Positions 21,141 through 32,078 of a stretch of DNA of 64,000 nt are shown here, piece after piece. Numbering within the stretch: position 1 is the first letter of the stretch; each line of letters starts with the position of its first letter. The DNA is from an uncultured delta proteobacterium (GTDB lineage: Bacteria; Desulfobacterota; Zymogenia; Zymogenales; Zymogenaceae). Location: contig CAVTLK010000002.1 in NCBI GenBank assembly GCA_963735595.1, positions 672,001 through 736,000 on the forward strand, written 5' to 3'. Made by a program: the position numbers and the translations under genes. The notes beneath the pieces are model-generated. The model ran no database searches. It had not been told where the DNA came from and saw nothing but the letters and a program-made list of their open reading frames with translations.

Positions 21141-22884
21141 ATGCGCGTTATCATCGCAAAGAGCGCCGGTTTCTGCATGGGGGTTAGGCGGGCAATGAGC
21201 AAGGCCTTCCTTACCCTTAAAAAAGAAAGCGGGCAGATCTACACCTATGGGCCGCTCATCCACAACCCGCAGGTCGTCAGGCTCCTGTCCGAGAAGGGAG
21301 TGTCGTCCGTTGCCGGACGTATCGGGTACCGACCGGGGGACGATCGTCATTCGCGCGCACGGGATATCTCCGCAGGAACGCCAGCAGATACGGACGACAC
21401 ACCTGAAGATCGTGGATGCGACCTGTCCCAAGGTCATGAAGATACACGCCGCCGCAAAGAAACACCACAAGCAGGGCTATCTCGTTGTCGTGGTGGGCGA
21501 CAGGGATCATCCCGAGGTCTCGGGGATACTTGGATATACCGAGGGCAAGGGGGTCGTGGTGGCAAACCCCGAGGAGGTCGCCAGCCTGCCGGACGCCGAA
21601 CGCGTCCTTGTGGTGGCGCAAACCACGTTCAGCCAGGAGGTATTCTCGGGCATCCTCGAGTCGATCGCTCGGAGGTATTCGCGGGCCGAGGTCGAGGCGG
21701 TGGACACCCTCTGCGATTCAACGAAGCGGCGCCAGGACGAGGTCAGGGAGCTTTCGGAGCGGGTAGACGCGATGGTGGTGGTCGGCGGCAGGGACAGCGG
21801 CAACACGCGGCGGCTCTACGAGACGGCGTTAAAGAGCGGGGTGCCATCGTTCCAGATAGAAGACGAAACGGAGCTCGACCCCTCCGACTTTGCCCGATTC
21901 AAGACGGTGGGGTTGACCGCCGGCGCCTCCACGCCCAACTGGGTGATCATGCGGGTGTGCGACCGCCTGGCGGATATCGACCGGGAGCGGCGCTCCGGGC
22001 CGGTCGAGGCGATTTCCGACATACTGCGTTTTGTGGTTAACGGTTATCTTTGGGCGGGACTTGCGGCGGGGGGGCTCGCCACCGCCGCGTCGCTCCTGAT
22101 GGGGGTGGCCTCCTTTTTGTGGGTCCCGGTCGTCTCCGGCCTCTACGTCTTCTCGATGCACCTCATAAACCGCGTTATTGATACGGAGGCAACGCGGTTC
22201 AACGACCCCGGCCGAGAGCATCTCTTCACGAGGAGGCGGGGGCTCTTTATAGTAATCGCGGTTGTATCGGCCCTCTGTGCGGTCTTTCTCGGCTGGCGTC
22301 TTTCCGGGCTCGTCGGGATACTGGTGGGGCTCGCCGTCCTCTTAGGACCCGTCTTCACGGCCCAGATCATCCCGCCGGGCTTGCAGCGGCGGCTCGGCTA
22401 CCGGCGGATCAAAGACATACCGGCGTCAAAGACGTTCCTGGTGGCCGCGGCGTGGGCGGCGGTCTCGGCGGGGGTGCCGTATCTCTCCGATATGTCCCGA
22501 ATAGGCCCGGTTACGTTTCTCACCGTTTTCGCTTTTTGTTTCCTGGCCGTCTTTATCCGGGCGTCACTCTATGACATCCGGGATATCCAGGGAGATGCCG
22601 TCGTCGGGAAAGAGACCATTCCCGTTATCATCGGCAAACCCTGGACACAAAGGCTCGTCCTTATCCTGACGGGCGTCATCGCGCTGCTCCTGGTATGGGC
22701 GACGCCGGCCCGGATCGTAACACCTCTCGGGTGGTGGCTCATGGTGGTCCCCGCCTATTGCCTGCTGACCCTCTGGCTCTATCACCGCCGGGTGATCTTC
22801 CAAGGGGTCGCGTTCGAGGCGGTGGTGGACCTTGAGTTTATCCTGGCGGGGGTAATTTCGACGGCCTGGTTTCTGACGACATGA
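21141..22884 (+). CDS. ispH: IspH (LytB) fused to UbiA-like prenyltransferase domain (frameshift near 21310)
   Basis: AGFCMGVRRA, HNPQ, DATCP, AQTT, TLC, SGNT, TAGASTP; TM C-terminus with YDIRDIQGD. Confidence 0.88.
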
Positions 22885-23009
22885 ACCTCCTGCTACGGAC
22901 AGACCGGGCGGCTACTTACGTTTATCTAAATTGCGAACGACTCCAACGGAACCGAGACTACGTGGAGCGATGATCCTAATACAATCTGATCGGAAAGCGA
23001 GGTGCAGAA

Positions 23010-23561
23010 ATGGATGTGATGGAAGCAATCAAGACTAGGCGCAGCGTCCGCCGGTTCAAGCCTGACGCAATCCCCGATGAGGTGATGAGCGAGATCCTCG
23101 AGGCGGCCCGATGGTCGCCGTCGTGGGCCAATACGCAATGCTGGGAGTTTATCGTCGTCACGGACCAGGCGACCAGGACCCGGCTTTCCGAGGAGGCGCT
23201 GCCCCAGGGCAATCCCGCCAAGCGCGGCGTGGCCGAAGCGCCGGCCGTGGTCGTGGCGCTGGGCAAGGAAGGAGTCGCCGGATTCTACAAAGACAGACCC
23301 TCCACCGACAAGGGCGACTGGTTCATGTACGACGTAGGTGTCGCGATGCAGAACCTGTGCCTGGCGGGGTGGGGACTGGGGCTCGGCACCGTCCACGTGG
23401 GGCTCATGGACGCGGTCAAGGCCCAGGAGATACTCGGGGTCCCCGCCGGGGTGCGGGTCGTGGCGCTGACCCCGCTCGGGTACCCCAGCGTAGTGGGGGG
23501 CAGCCCGCCCCGGAAGGAAATCAAGGATTTCGTCTGGCACGAGAAGTACGGGGGGAAATAG
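23010..23561 (+). CDS. Nitroreductase family protein
   Basis: RRSVRRF, SPSWANTQ.WEF, GLGT, LGYP. Confidence 0.9.
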   Translation: MDVMEAIKTRRSVRRFKPDAIPDEVMSEILEAARWSPSWANTQCWEFIVVTDQATRTRLSEEALPQGNPAKRGVAEAPAVVVALGKEGVAGFYKDRPSTDKGDWFMYDVGVAMQNLCLAGWGLGLGTVHVGLMDAVKAQEILGVPAGVRVVALTPLGYPSVVGGSPPRKEIKDFVWHEKYGGK

Positions 23562-23659
23562 CGGCCGTATCGTTCCAGATGCTGTAATACCAAGGGGCGG
23601 CTCACGGGCCGCCTCAGAGGTATTGACAAACCTTCTTTTTCAGTATTAACGCTATTCCT

Positions 23660-23785
23660 GTCATTGCGAGGAGGCCCCATCGGGGCCGACGTGGCAATCT
23701 CGAACGTCGTAACTACCCGTAATCATGTTAGTAGGTGAATCAGTATCCGAGATCGCTACGGGGCCTGAAGGCCCCTCGCGATGAC
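23660..23785. repeat. Palindromic REP/MITE-like element copy 2
   Basis: Same terminal palindromes as 16753-16869; outer imperfect IR (TATTGACAAA / TTTGTCAGCA). Confidence 0.75.
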
Positions 23786-23868
23786 AGCTCTTTAAAAAAC
23801 GAGACTTTGTCAGCAGTCTGGGGCGGCCTACGGGCCGCCCTTTTCATCCCGCCTCACCGCCGTTCCCG

Positions 23869-24900
23869 TCACTTTCCGTCGGTGCCCGTCGATCGCCCGA
23901 TCGGCGGGCTGTCCTGGATAGTGTCCTCAAGCGGTCCGCGGATCTGTATGTCCCAGAGTGCGGGCGAGAAGTCCTGTTTGCCTCTCTTGAAGTACTGGGT
24001 TGCCCGTACCGATCCGTCCGGTAACAGCGTTATGACGTTAAAGTTATGGCCCACTGACCGGGTCCATTCGTCCGGCGGACCGGCCGACGCCCCGCATCCG
24101 AGGACGGCGATCTGGTTCTCCCGCCCCCGATAGTCGAAGTACGCAGCTCGACAGAACTGGGGGTAGTGGCGGTGACCATGCAGCACGAGATCGAATCTCT
24201 CTCTGGTTAGCCGGTCGAGAAACATACCGGCGTTTTCCAGCATCATGAAGGATTCGTCCGCCAGCCGGGGCAGGAAACTGTAGGTTATCGGCATCGGGTG
24301 ATGATGAAGAGCGGCGATCTTAAGTGATACTCGACGGTCTTCACGTTCCGGGTATGGCAGTGTCTTCTCGATCCATTCCGAGAAATCTTGCAGGTCGCGC
24401 TCAATAATGAGGCCGTGCGACATGAAGCGGATAAGCTGAACGAACTTCCTCCAGAATCCCCCCGTGGGCTCGTACAGTTGATTCGAGTCAAAGGCCGCGA
24501 TCATCACGGGGCTGTCGGGTGACGCGTAATTGCCGCGTTCCTCGGGCGTGAACGCCCTGTAGAACTTACCGGTTCGTCTCAGTCCGTACGTCCCCTTATA
24601 GAAGAGGTCATGGTTTCCCGGCACGACGCGCAGCATCGGCGTAAAACCGTAGTACTTTTCGACAACCTTCAGCGCGCTCCTGATCATCGTGGCCGGGATA
24701 GTAGGATCGTCCATCGGACCTTCGGCGATATCGCCGGTTACAATGACAAACCGGGGGCCTATATCAACAATATGCCCCATGACCTCGGCAAGAAGACCCA
24801 GGTTATCCCCGTTATAGTGCAGATCTGAAAGGTGGACGATCCGTATTACTTCCGGATTCGTCTCGTGTTGTTTTTCCGCCGGGAAATCGATAAACTGCAT
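23869..24900 (-). CDS. Metallophosphoesterase (CpdA/Icc-like)
   Basis: SDLH, TGD, GNHD, HH, HGHRH. Confidence 0.85.
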   Translation of the reverse strand: MQFIDFPAEKQHETNPEVIRIVHLSDLHYNGDNLGLLAEVMGHIVDIGPRFVIVTGDIAEGPMDDPTIPATMIRSALKVVEKYYGFTPMLRVVPGNHDLFYKGTYGLRRTGKFYRAFTPEERGNYASPDSPVMIAAFDSNQLYEPTGGFWRKFVQLIRFMSHGLIIERDLQDFSEWIEKTLPYPEREDRRVSLKIAALHHHPMPITYSFLPRLADESFMMLENAGMFLDRLTRERFDLVLHGHRHYPQFCRAAYFDYRGRENQIAVLGCGASAGPPDEWTRSVGHNFNVITLLPDGSVRATQYFKRGKQDFSPALWDIQIRGPLEDTIQDSPPIGRSTGTDGK

Positions 24901-24941
24901 ACGTGTTCTTACTCCAATATACGGTGCCGCTTCGCCCCGGA

Positions 24942-26120
24942 CTACCGCTGCGACACGATCGGGTGGAGCGGCTTGCCGTCGTTTCCGTCGTGTCCCGAAT
25001 ACGGGGAGCTAAAATCATAGTAGTGTTTCGGATGGGGGAGGTACCCCTCGATCACACGCTCGTACAGCATGCGTACGTTGTCTGATGAGCCGCTCATCGC
25101 GGGGAATCCCTTCATGGCCTGAGCATCGGCGGTGTCCGCGACGAGGTCAAGCCTTCGCTGTGCGACTGAATGGACCCACCCCATCTCTTCGTAGTAGTCC
25201 GAGAGGTACTCCTGTTCCGTTTGGCCGGGAGTCGGGATAAAGAGGATACCCTTTTTCCCCAGCTCGGCAAGCTCCATGACGGTCGTGTAGCCGCTGCGCG
25301 TGATGATGAACTTCGCTCGGTTCATGAGCGTTGCCATCTCGTCCCTTTGCGCGTGGGACTTCACGATTGTCTCGCCGTCGAGCCGTTCCTCGGGTTCGGC
25401 CCCCGGGTCGCCCAGCAGAATGAACTTCCTTCCCGAAAGCCCGCCGATCTGACCCATTATCACCTCTCTCAGCGCGTCCTTTGTCACCTTCGGTCCGGCA
25501 ATACTCACGAGGTAATCTATATCCTGGGGGACGTCCTGCCTCCGTATATCCGTGATTATTCCCGCCCAGTATGCCTTTCTTCTGGTAACCGGCCTTTGCG
25601 CATGCCCGAGTTTTCCGGAGAGTGACCGGGGGCCGGGCGGATTGTCGGGGATGATCACCCGCTCGAAATTTCGATGGTAGCGGCCGTTGAAGACCTCCAT
25701 CATCCGCTCGATTGACTCGATGTTGCCCGGTGTCGAAAAGCGAATCTGGTGTGAGATGAACAGGCCGGGTACGTCTTTGGCGTAGGCTCCGAAACGGTTA
25801 TCGCTGATGACCAGGTTGTATCCCTCGCGCCTGATAATGCGGGAGATCGTGCGGTGCTCGCGCGCTATCTCCCTGACTATGAGGGGAAAGAGCCCCAGGA
25901 CTCTTGGTATCGAAAATCCGCCGCTCGTGTAGGGCGAGGGGTAATCCGGGACGTCATAAAATTTGAGATCGGCAAATTCACGCGAGAGAAGCTCCAGCGC
26001 GGCGCCGGTCGCAGCCACTCCCACCGTATGGCCGCGATCAAGGAGGTCTGCAATGATCGCAACGTCCCTCGTGGCGTGGCCGAGCCCCCATGAAAGCGGG
26101 CTGATAAGTATCTTTGCCAT
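24942..26120 (-). CDS. Glycosyltransferase (GT-B, GT28-like)
   Basis: GLGHATR, ISDNRFG, RSGYTT, IPTPGQTEQEY. Confidence 0.85.
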   Translation of the reverse strand: MAKILISPLSWGLGHATRDVAIIADLLDRGHTVGVAATGAALELLSREFADLKFYDVPDYPSPYTSGGFSIPRVLGLFPLIVREIAREHRTISRIIRREGYNLVISDNRFGAYAKDVPGLFISHQIRFSTPGNIESIERMMEVFNGRYHRNFERVIIPDNPPGPRSLSGKLGHAQRPVTRRKAYWAGIITDIRRQDVPQDIDYLVSIAGPKVTKDALREVIMGQIGGLSGRKFILLGDPGAEPEERLDGETIVKSHAQRDEMATLMNRAKFIITRSGYTTVMELAELGKKGILFIPTPGQTEQEYLSDYYEEMGWVHSVAQRRLDLVADTADAQAMKGFPAMSGSSDNVRMLYERVIEGYLPHPKHYYDFSSPYSGHDGNDGKPLHPIVSQR

Positions 26121-26467
26121 TATTGTTTTCCCTTTTAATCTTATTCGAGGGTTCGCGTACCGTCCTTACGGTACTGCTTACCTATAGTAATAGTATACCG
26201 CGTCTGTATACAACGGATGTACGAACGGTGATTTTTTAGTAAATTACTTACTGTGCAGGGATTTAAAAAGGAAATGGCAGAAGGAGGAGAAAAGAATACC
26301 GAATCAACTAAGTACGATTGAAGGACCGATAGGCAGCAATGTCGGCCGTAAAAGTCAAGCGGACAAGAGGGATGGATTTGCGGTGCCCGTTAATACCAAC
26401 CGGTATCCGTCTGTGTCGCTCCATACGTTTCATCCGGCTCCCGCATACCCGAATATCGGGCGAACAA

Positions 26468-27723
26468 CTACTTCGACCCTTTCCTTTCCAGCAGCATCTC
26501 CATGAAGGCGTCCACCCTGGTCTCGAACTGGGCGGTCGAGAAGTTGCGGGCGTCCATGTGGTCGGCGTCGATGACCACCGACGGCACGCCCAGCTCGCGC
26601 TCGAGCGCCCGCTTGATGTCCATCTGCCCCAGCGTGATGGGAGCGCAGGACTTGTTGGAATGAAGGATGGCGCCGTCGATCTTGTAGTCGCGGCACGCCT
26701 TGACGACCATTTCTTTTCTCCGCTGCATCGAGACGCAGGAGACCAGGGGGTAGGACATGAGGGACTTTACGGCCAGGGCCTCGACCGGTTTATCGACGTC
26801 CAGCCGTATCGACCAGGCCGCCGAGTAGGTCTCGGCCACCACGACGCCCCCCATCTTCTCGAAGTAGTTGAATATCCCCATATTGTACCAGAGGGGGATG
26901 TTGTCCCAGAAGAGGCGCAGCTTTTCTTCCTCGATCATCCCGATTCCCTGCTCGGCGCGCTCCCTGACCTCGTCTCGCACCTTGGTGAGGAAATCGACGG
27001 CGATCTGGGTTCCCTGCCGGGTGACCATGACGAACATGACCCCGATCTCGGCCGCCGAGATCGGGGTGGGGACATGCCGGCGGAAGGTCATGATCTCGTC
27101 CCAGAGGGCGCAGGCCTCGGTCGGAGAGACGGACCGTCTCCGCGAGCCGATCCATAGTCCAGCTTCCTGCCGGTCGTTTCCGTCACGAACTCGATGACCC
27201 GCTCGATCTCGCTGGTGGCATAATCTATGTGGTAGCGGCGGATCTTCTCCACCGGGACCTGGGGGAGATCGGCGTGAAAGACCTTCGCGTTAGGGAACCG
27301 GCGCGCAATGAGCTGGAGTATCTTCTGCGCCGGCACGCACCCCCCGCCGGCGGTAAACACCATATCGGGCTCCGGCAGACCCCCCAGGGGGATGCCGTCG
27401 GCACCCATGAAGCCGTGTATATAGCCGACGATGTTGCGCAGGTAGCCGCAGAGGTCCTGGGAGTATCCCATCGATTCGGACAGACCGCAAAGTCGCCCTC
27501 GGTCAGCCCGAAGGCGGCGCACACCGGCGACCAGTTTTCCGGAAAGACCGGCATGAGGTCCATGGCGTAGAAGATCTCGATGAGGCCGTTCATCGGCGGC
27601 ATCCAGCCGACGGGGATACCGCTTCGTTTCGCCTCGTGCCCCTCGAGATAAAAATCGGCGACGACCTGCCTCAGCTCCTTCGCCGTGGCAAGACGCTTAT
27701 GTGATTTCTGAGTCTTATCCCAT
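26468..27723 (-). CDS. 2-hydroxyacyl-CoA dehydratase subunit (HgdA/BcrB-like), two frameshifts
   Basis: PENW, GYSQDLCGY, GGLPEPD, HSNKSC, DADHMD...TRVDAF across three frames. Confidence 0.8.
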
Positions 27724-27724
27724 G

Positions 27725-28882
27725 CTATGCCCCGATCATTTCGAAGAATCCCTCAAGACGGGTCGTGAGCTGGCCCTCGTTTATACCGGTTTCCTCCATC
27801 TCCACCAGGAGCATGGGGATCTCGGAGGCCTTGAGGTCCTCACGGAGGGCCGGATAGTCGGCCAGGTGAGGCGTACAGAACTTCTGAAAGAAGAAGACGA
27901 TCCCCCGCGCCCCCGACCGCTCGATGAGCCCCTTGATGGGATCGGTGCGCTCCCCCACGACCGACCGGGCGGGACAGGGGAACCGGCGCTGATAGCGGTC
28001 GATGAGTCGGTCCATCGGGGTGGGGCCCGAACCGTCGGCGGGTTCAATAAAGCGGTATCCGGTGCACAGGTCGTCGGCGGCGGTCCTGCCGCCCGCCTTC
28101 TCGACGACGTCGAAGATCCGCATATCCTCGATGAGGCTTCCCGAGATGAGTATCGGGATGCCCGGACGGCTCGAGGTATTGCCCTCCCGGGCCGACTTAA
28201 CGAGCGCCGTCACGAGCGGGAGGGATTCTTCGGGCGGCAGGCAGAGGCAGGCCTCAAGGACGGTATAAAACTCCCGGCCGGACAGCGCCAGCCGATTATC
28301 GTACCGAAGCTCGTAGAGCTCGCGCAGCGACGCGCGGATCTCCCCGAACAGATCTAATGAGCGCGCGAGGGATAAATCGTCGACGGTCCCGCCGGCCGCT
28401 GTAAGCCCCTCGGCGAGCTCACGCATCGTCTCGCGGAAGAACTCGGTCGCAGGTGCGTTGGTATGATAGGGCAGGGGAATGGTCTGAAAGAACTCGGCGG
28501 GGACGTTTTCCTCCCAGATGTTGATCATCCCGCAGGCGGCATCGCACGTATAAGCGGTGATGACGCCCGCGAGGTAGTCGTACCGGCCGTTCAACGCGTG
28601 TTCCAGGCTGGCGCGGAGGTAGGGACAGACGAAGCTCGGGACAAGCGTATTGGCCTTCTCTATCCTGGTGGAGCCGCCGGATACCCGCACGGGAACGAAA
28701 CCCGCGGCGTGGATCATCTCGACCGGGGTATAGGTGCAAAACCACCCGAAGATCTTCGTGGTCTGTCTCAGCCGCCTGAGACGCTCTGTTCGGTTGGTGA
28801 CCGCTTCCTGAAAGGGAGATATATCAATCGGTAACGTGGCAATCGGTGACGTGGCAATCGGTGACGTGGCGATCGGCGACAT
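27725..28882 (-). CDS. 2-hydroxyacyl-CoA dehydratase subunit (HgdB/BcrC-like)
   Basis: CTYTPVEMIHAAG, DDLCTG, QKFC.PH, TRLEGF. Confidence 0.85.
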   Translation of the reverse strand: MSPIATSPIATSPIATLPIDISPFQEAVTNRTERLRRLRQTTKIFGWFCTYTPVEMIHAAGFVPVRVSGGSTRIEKANTLVPSFVCPYLRASLEHALNGRYDYLAGVITAYTCDAACGMINIWEENVPAEFFQTIPLPYHTNAPATEFFRETMRELAEGLTAAGGTVDDLSLARSLDLFGEIRASLRELYELRYDNRLALSGREFYTVLEACLCLPPEESLPLVTALVKSAREGNTSSRPGIPILISGSLIEDMRIFDVVEKAGGRTAADDLCTGYRFIEPADGSGPTPMDRLIDRYQRRFPCPARSVVGERTDPIKGLIERSGARGIVFFFQKFCTPHLADYPALREDLKASEIPMLLVEMEETGINEGQLTTRLEGFFEMIGA

Positions 28883-28887
28883 GGCAA
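28825..28887. repeat. 15-bp tandem repeat (~4 units) encoding SPIAT
   Basis: CAATCGGTGACGTGG repeated. Confidence 0.85.
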
Positions 28888-29056
28888 CTCCCTCAAGTGT
28901 GGTGGAGGGTTTGGGCCGGCGACTCAGCCGCATCAGAATACCGGCAATACGTGGGCGGTGTCAAGACAAATAGATCACGTCACTTAGGACTTGATTTTAT
29001 CGCGTTTTTTTCTTATTATCAAATGGAAGGGTCTTAGTAAAAAAGGAAAGGAAACA

Positions 29057-30051
29057 ATGCCCGCAAACCTCACGCCCGAATACCGCGAAAACGAACGGAA
29101 GTTCCGCGAAGCCAAAGACCCCGAGGAAAAGCTGCGCTACCTTGAGCTGATGCTTGCAACCATCCCAAAGCATAAGGGTACCGACCACATGCAGGGGGAT
29201 ATCAAACGCCGTATCTCTCAAACCAAGGCGGCCCTCGAAAAGAAATCCGGCCTCAAGCGCTTTAATCCTTTCAAGGTCGAGCGCGAGGGGATCGGCCAGT
29301 TTGCCGTCGTCGGCGCCGTTAATGTCGGCAAGTCCGCGCTCGTCGGCAAACTGACCAACGCCAGGACCACGGTGGCCGATTACGCGTTTGCCACCACCAA
29401 GCCCGTTCCCGGCATGATGTCCTTTGAGAACGTCCAGATCCAGATCGTCGACCTTCCGCCGGTTCCGGAGGAGTTTACCGAGCCGGCCATGGTGGGGATG
29501 ATCAGAAATACCGACGGGGTGATCCTCGTCTGTGATCTTACGTCGCCCGATCCGGCGGCCCAGATCGAGGGCGTCAGAGAGACTACTCCTCAAATACAAG
29601 GCCGAGTTGTGCCCCCGTCCCGAGGAGAAGTACACGCTCGACGGCTTCGCCCACCTGCAGGCCTTTGTTGTCGGCAATAAGCTGGAGACCGCGGCGGCCG
29701 AACAAAACCTGAAGGCCGTCACCGACCTCTACGGGGCCGATTTCCCGGTCATCGGGGTCTCGGTAGAGCGGGGGGTCGGCCTGGAGGAGGTCAGGCGCAC
29801 GGCCTTCGAGATGCTTGACATGATCCGGGCATATACCAAGTCGCCGGGCAAGAAACCCGACTTCGACGAGCCGGTGGTCCTGAAACGGGGGGCAACGGTG
29901 ATTGACTTTCGCGGCGACTATCCACAAGGACTTCGCGAAGTCGCTGAAGTTCGCCCGTATCTGGTCAACGGATCCCGATAAATTCGAGGGGCAGAAGGTA
30001 AACCGGGAAGATGTCCTCTACGACGGCGATGTCATCGAGCTGCATCTATAG
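29057..30051 (+). CDS. DRG/OBG-family GTPase with TGS domain (two frameshifts)
   Basis: MPANL, PKHKGT, GxxNVGKS, DY.F.T..P.PGM, DLP, NK, YTK.PG, L.DGDVIELH. Confidence 0.85.
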
Positions 30052-30215
30052 CCACGTCGGGGGCCACGTCGGGGGCCGTTCGGCAGAGAGGCGAAGGCAT
30101 GAATATATCGCCGGTGGGCAGTCCGTTCTTCCGCGCCGTCGGGAAACGGTAGGAATTGTATTCGATCGAAAATGGATAGAATAAACGTACTGAATTAACT
30201 ATAGTCGAGGTTACC

Positions 30216-30668
30216 ATGACACAGCAATGCGAGATCCCGGCTGGAAATCCCGACAGCGCCGAGATCGACGAGATACTCAAAACGGTCACAACGATCGCGG
30301 TGGTGGGCCTCTCTCCAAAGGAGGATCGGCCGAGCTACCGGGTCGGCGCGTACCTGCAGGCCCAGGGCTACCGGATCGTTCCGGTCACGCCGGCAGCGGA
30401 AGAGATCCTCGGTGAGCGCGCGTACGGCGACATCGCCGGGATTCCCGCCGAGATCAGGATCGACATGGTCGATATATTCCGGCGGGCCGAAGACGTCGTG
30501 CCGGTCGTCGAGGCGGCCATCGCCCGGGGCGACGCACGGGTCATCTGGATGCAGGAGGGCATCGTAAACAACGAGGCGCGGGAACTGGCGCTCTCGAAGG
30601 GTCTTCGGGTTGTTATGGACAGGTGCGCCATGAAGGAGCACCGGAGGATGCGGGAGGAAGCCACATGA
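30216..30668 (+). CDS. CoA-binding protein (YccU-like)
   Basis: IAVVGLS....RPS, DMVDIFR, WMQEG, MDRC. Confidence 0.9.
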   Translation: MTQQCEIPAGNPDSAEIDEILKTVTTIAVVGLSPKEDRPSYRVGAYLQAQGYRIVPVTPAAEEILGERAYGDIAGIPAEIRIDMVDIFRRAEDVVPVVEAAIARGDARVIWMQEGIVNNEARELALSKGLRVVMDRCAMKEHRRMREEAT

Positions 30669-31108
30669 AGGGAACTTCGCTCAGGGCCGTCGTTGCGATG
30701 GCGGTGCTTGCCATTGGCATCTACTTTTTCGTGATCAAACCCCAGGAAGAGCCAAAAGATACCCCGGCCGTCACAGAGACCAGGATCTGGCCCGACAAGG
30801 TGGACGCCATCGCGAAGATGAAGACGACGATGTACGCCATCATCGGGGCCGAGAGGAACCGAAAGGCCCTCGGGGGGTCGTATCTCCCCTGCGCTCCGAA
30901 CCCGGCCGAGGTGCCGGATACACGGATCACCTGGAAAATGAGTGACGCAGAAGGCTGGAAAGAGCTTGACGTGGCAATGCCCAGGGAGTCCTGGTTCCAG
31001 TATGAGGTCGTGGTAACGGGGGACGATACGTTTGACGTCTACGCCCGAACGCTGGCCGAAGGGACGCCGCTGGAGTTTGTCATCGATCAGGATATGAATT
31101 TCCGCTGA
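30665..31108 (+). CDS. Membrane-anchored hypothetical protein, possibly pilin-like fold
   Basis: ATGA overlap with previous gene, N-terminal TM. Confidence 0.55.
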   Translation: MKGTSLRAVVAMAVLAIGIYFFVIKPQEEPKDTPAVTETRIWPDKVDAIAKMKTTMYAIIGAERNRKALGGSYLPCAPNPAEVPDTRITWKMSDAEGWKELDVAMPRESWFQYEVVVTGDDTFDVYARTLAEGTPLEFVIDQDMNFR

Positions 31109-31189
31109 TCCGATTGCCGATTTTCGGACTATGGTGATGAACTGAGAAGGTAACACGCCCTTTTTGCACGAACGGGCGCACGGCGGCGA

Positions 31190-31939
31190 TCATATATACG
31201 ATATCTTGTGGTTTCTTTCTCCCAGCGTCCGCTTTCTGATGCTCGTGGATTTATCCACGTATTCCTCGATATACTTCCGATCCTCCAGGTCAAGGTTGAG
31301 AAACTCGAGGGCCATCCCGGAAAACAGACCGAGCTTTTCCCGCTCCTTTACCGTGACAACTTTCGTAATCCGCGCCTCAGCATGTATATCCCGCCTCGGG
31401 ATCGGGACGGTGAAGTGGATGGTGTAGGTCTGGTTGGCCGGCAGGGGGTCGTCGGTTTCGACAAATATGCCGGTCACGGAAATATCAACGCTGTCGTATC
31501 TTTTTACGTCGCCCACGTACCGCAGGTACACCTCGGTTCTCAGGAGCGCCCTGGGGTAATAGAGGGAGCCGCGGACCTTGAGGAGCTTGCCTACGGCCCG
31601 GATGAACTCCGCATGGTCGATGGGTTTGGTCAGGTAGTGGTCGGCGCCCGCCGCCAGGCAGTTTACGCGGGTGTCTCCCTGGTGATCGCTGGAGACGATC
31701 ATGATGGGGATGTCTTTAAAGCGGGGATCTCCCTTGATGATCTCGCAGGCCTTGTCCCCGGTGAGGTCGGGCAAGTTATAGTCCATGAGCACCAGCTGCG
31801 GCTTTTCTTTTTTTATGACCTTGAGGGCCTCGAGGCCCGAGCGGGCCGTGAGGATGTCGCAGTCTATACGGTCCAGCATCTCCTGCTGCACGTCACGAAA
31901 AAACTTGACGTCATCTACGATAAGGATCTTGTTTTTCAT
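31190..31939 (-). CDS. Response regulator receiver + PilZ domain protein
   Basis: ILIVDD, LMD...P, TKP; PR...DISVTGIF PilZ motif. Confidence 0.85.
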   Translation of the reverse strand: MKNKILIVDDVKFFRDVQQEMLDRIDCDILTARSGLEALKVIKKEKPQLVLMDYNLPDLTGDKACEIIKGDPRFKDIPIMIVSSDHQGDTRVNCLAAGADHYLTKPIDHAEFIRAVGKLLKVRGSLYYPRALLRTEVYLRYVGDVKRYDSVDISVTGIFVETDDPLPANQTYTIHFTVPIPRRDIHAEARITKVVTVKEREKLGLFSGMALEFLNLDLEDRKYIEEYVDKSTSIRKRTLGERNHKISYI

Positions 31940-32078
31940 GGACCGCACCTTCTCCTGCCGAGTTGTGCGTAACCATACCACACGAATCCCGGGAAAGTAA
32001 ATAGCCGACTCAATCGAATCTGTACAAGCACCCTCTAAAGTGCTTGATTTTCGAGTTCATTATCGGTAGCATAGTATA

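Noticed and set aside
30051..30078. 12-bp tandem repeat GCCACGTCGGGG x2
   Set aside because: Only two units and no evident function.
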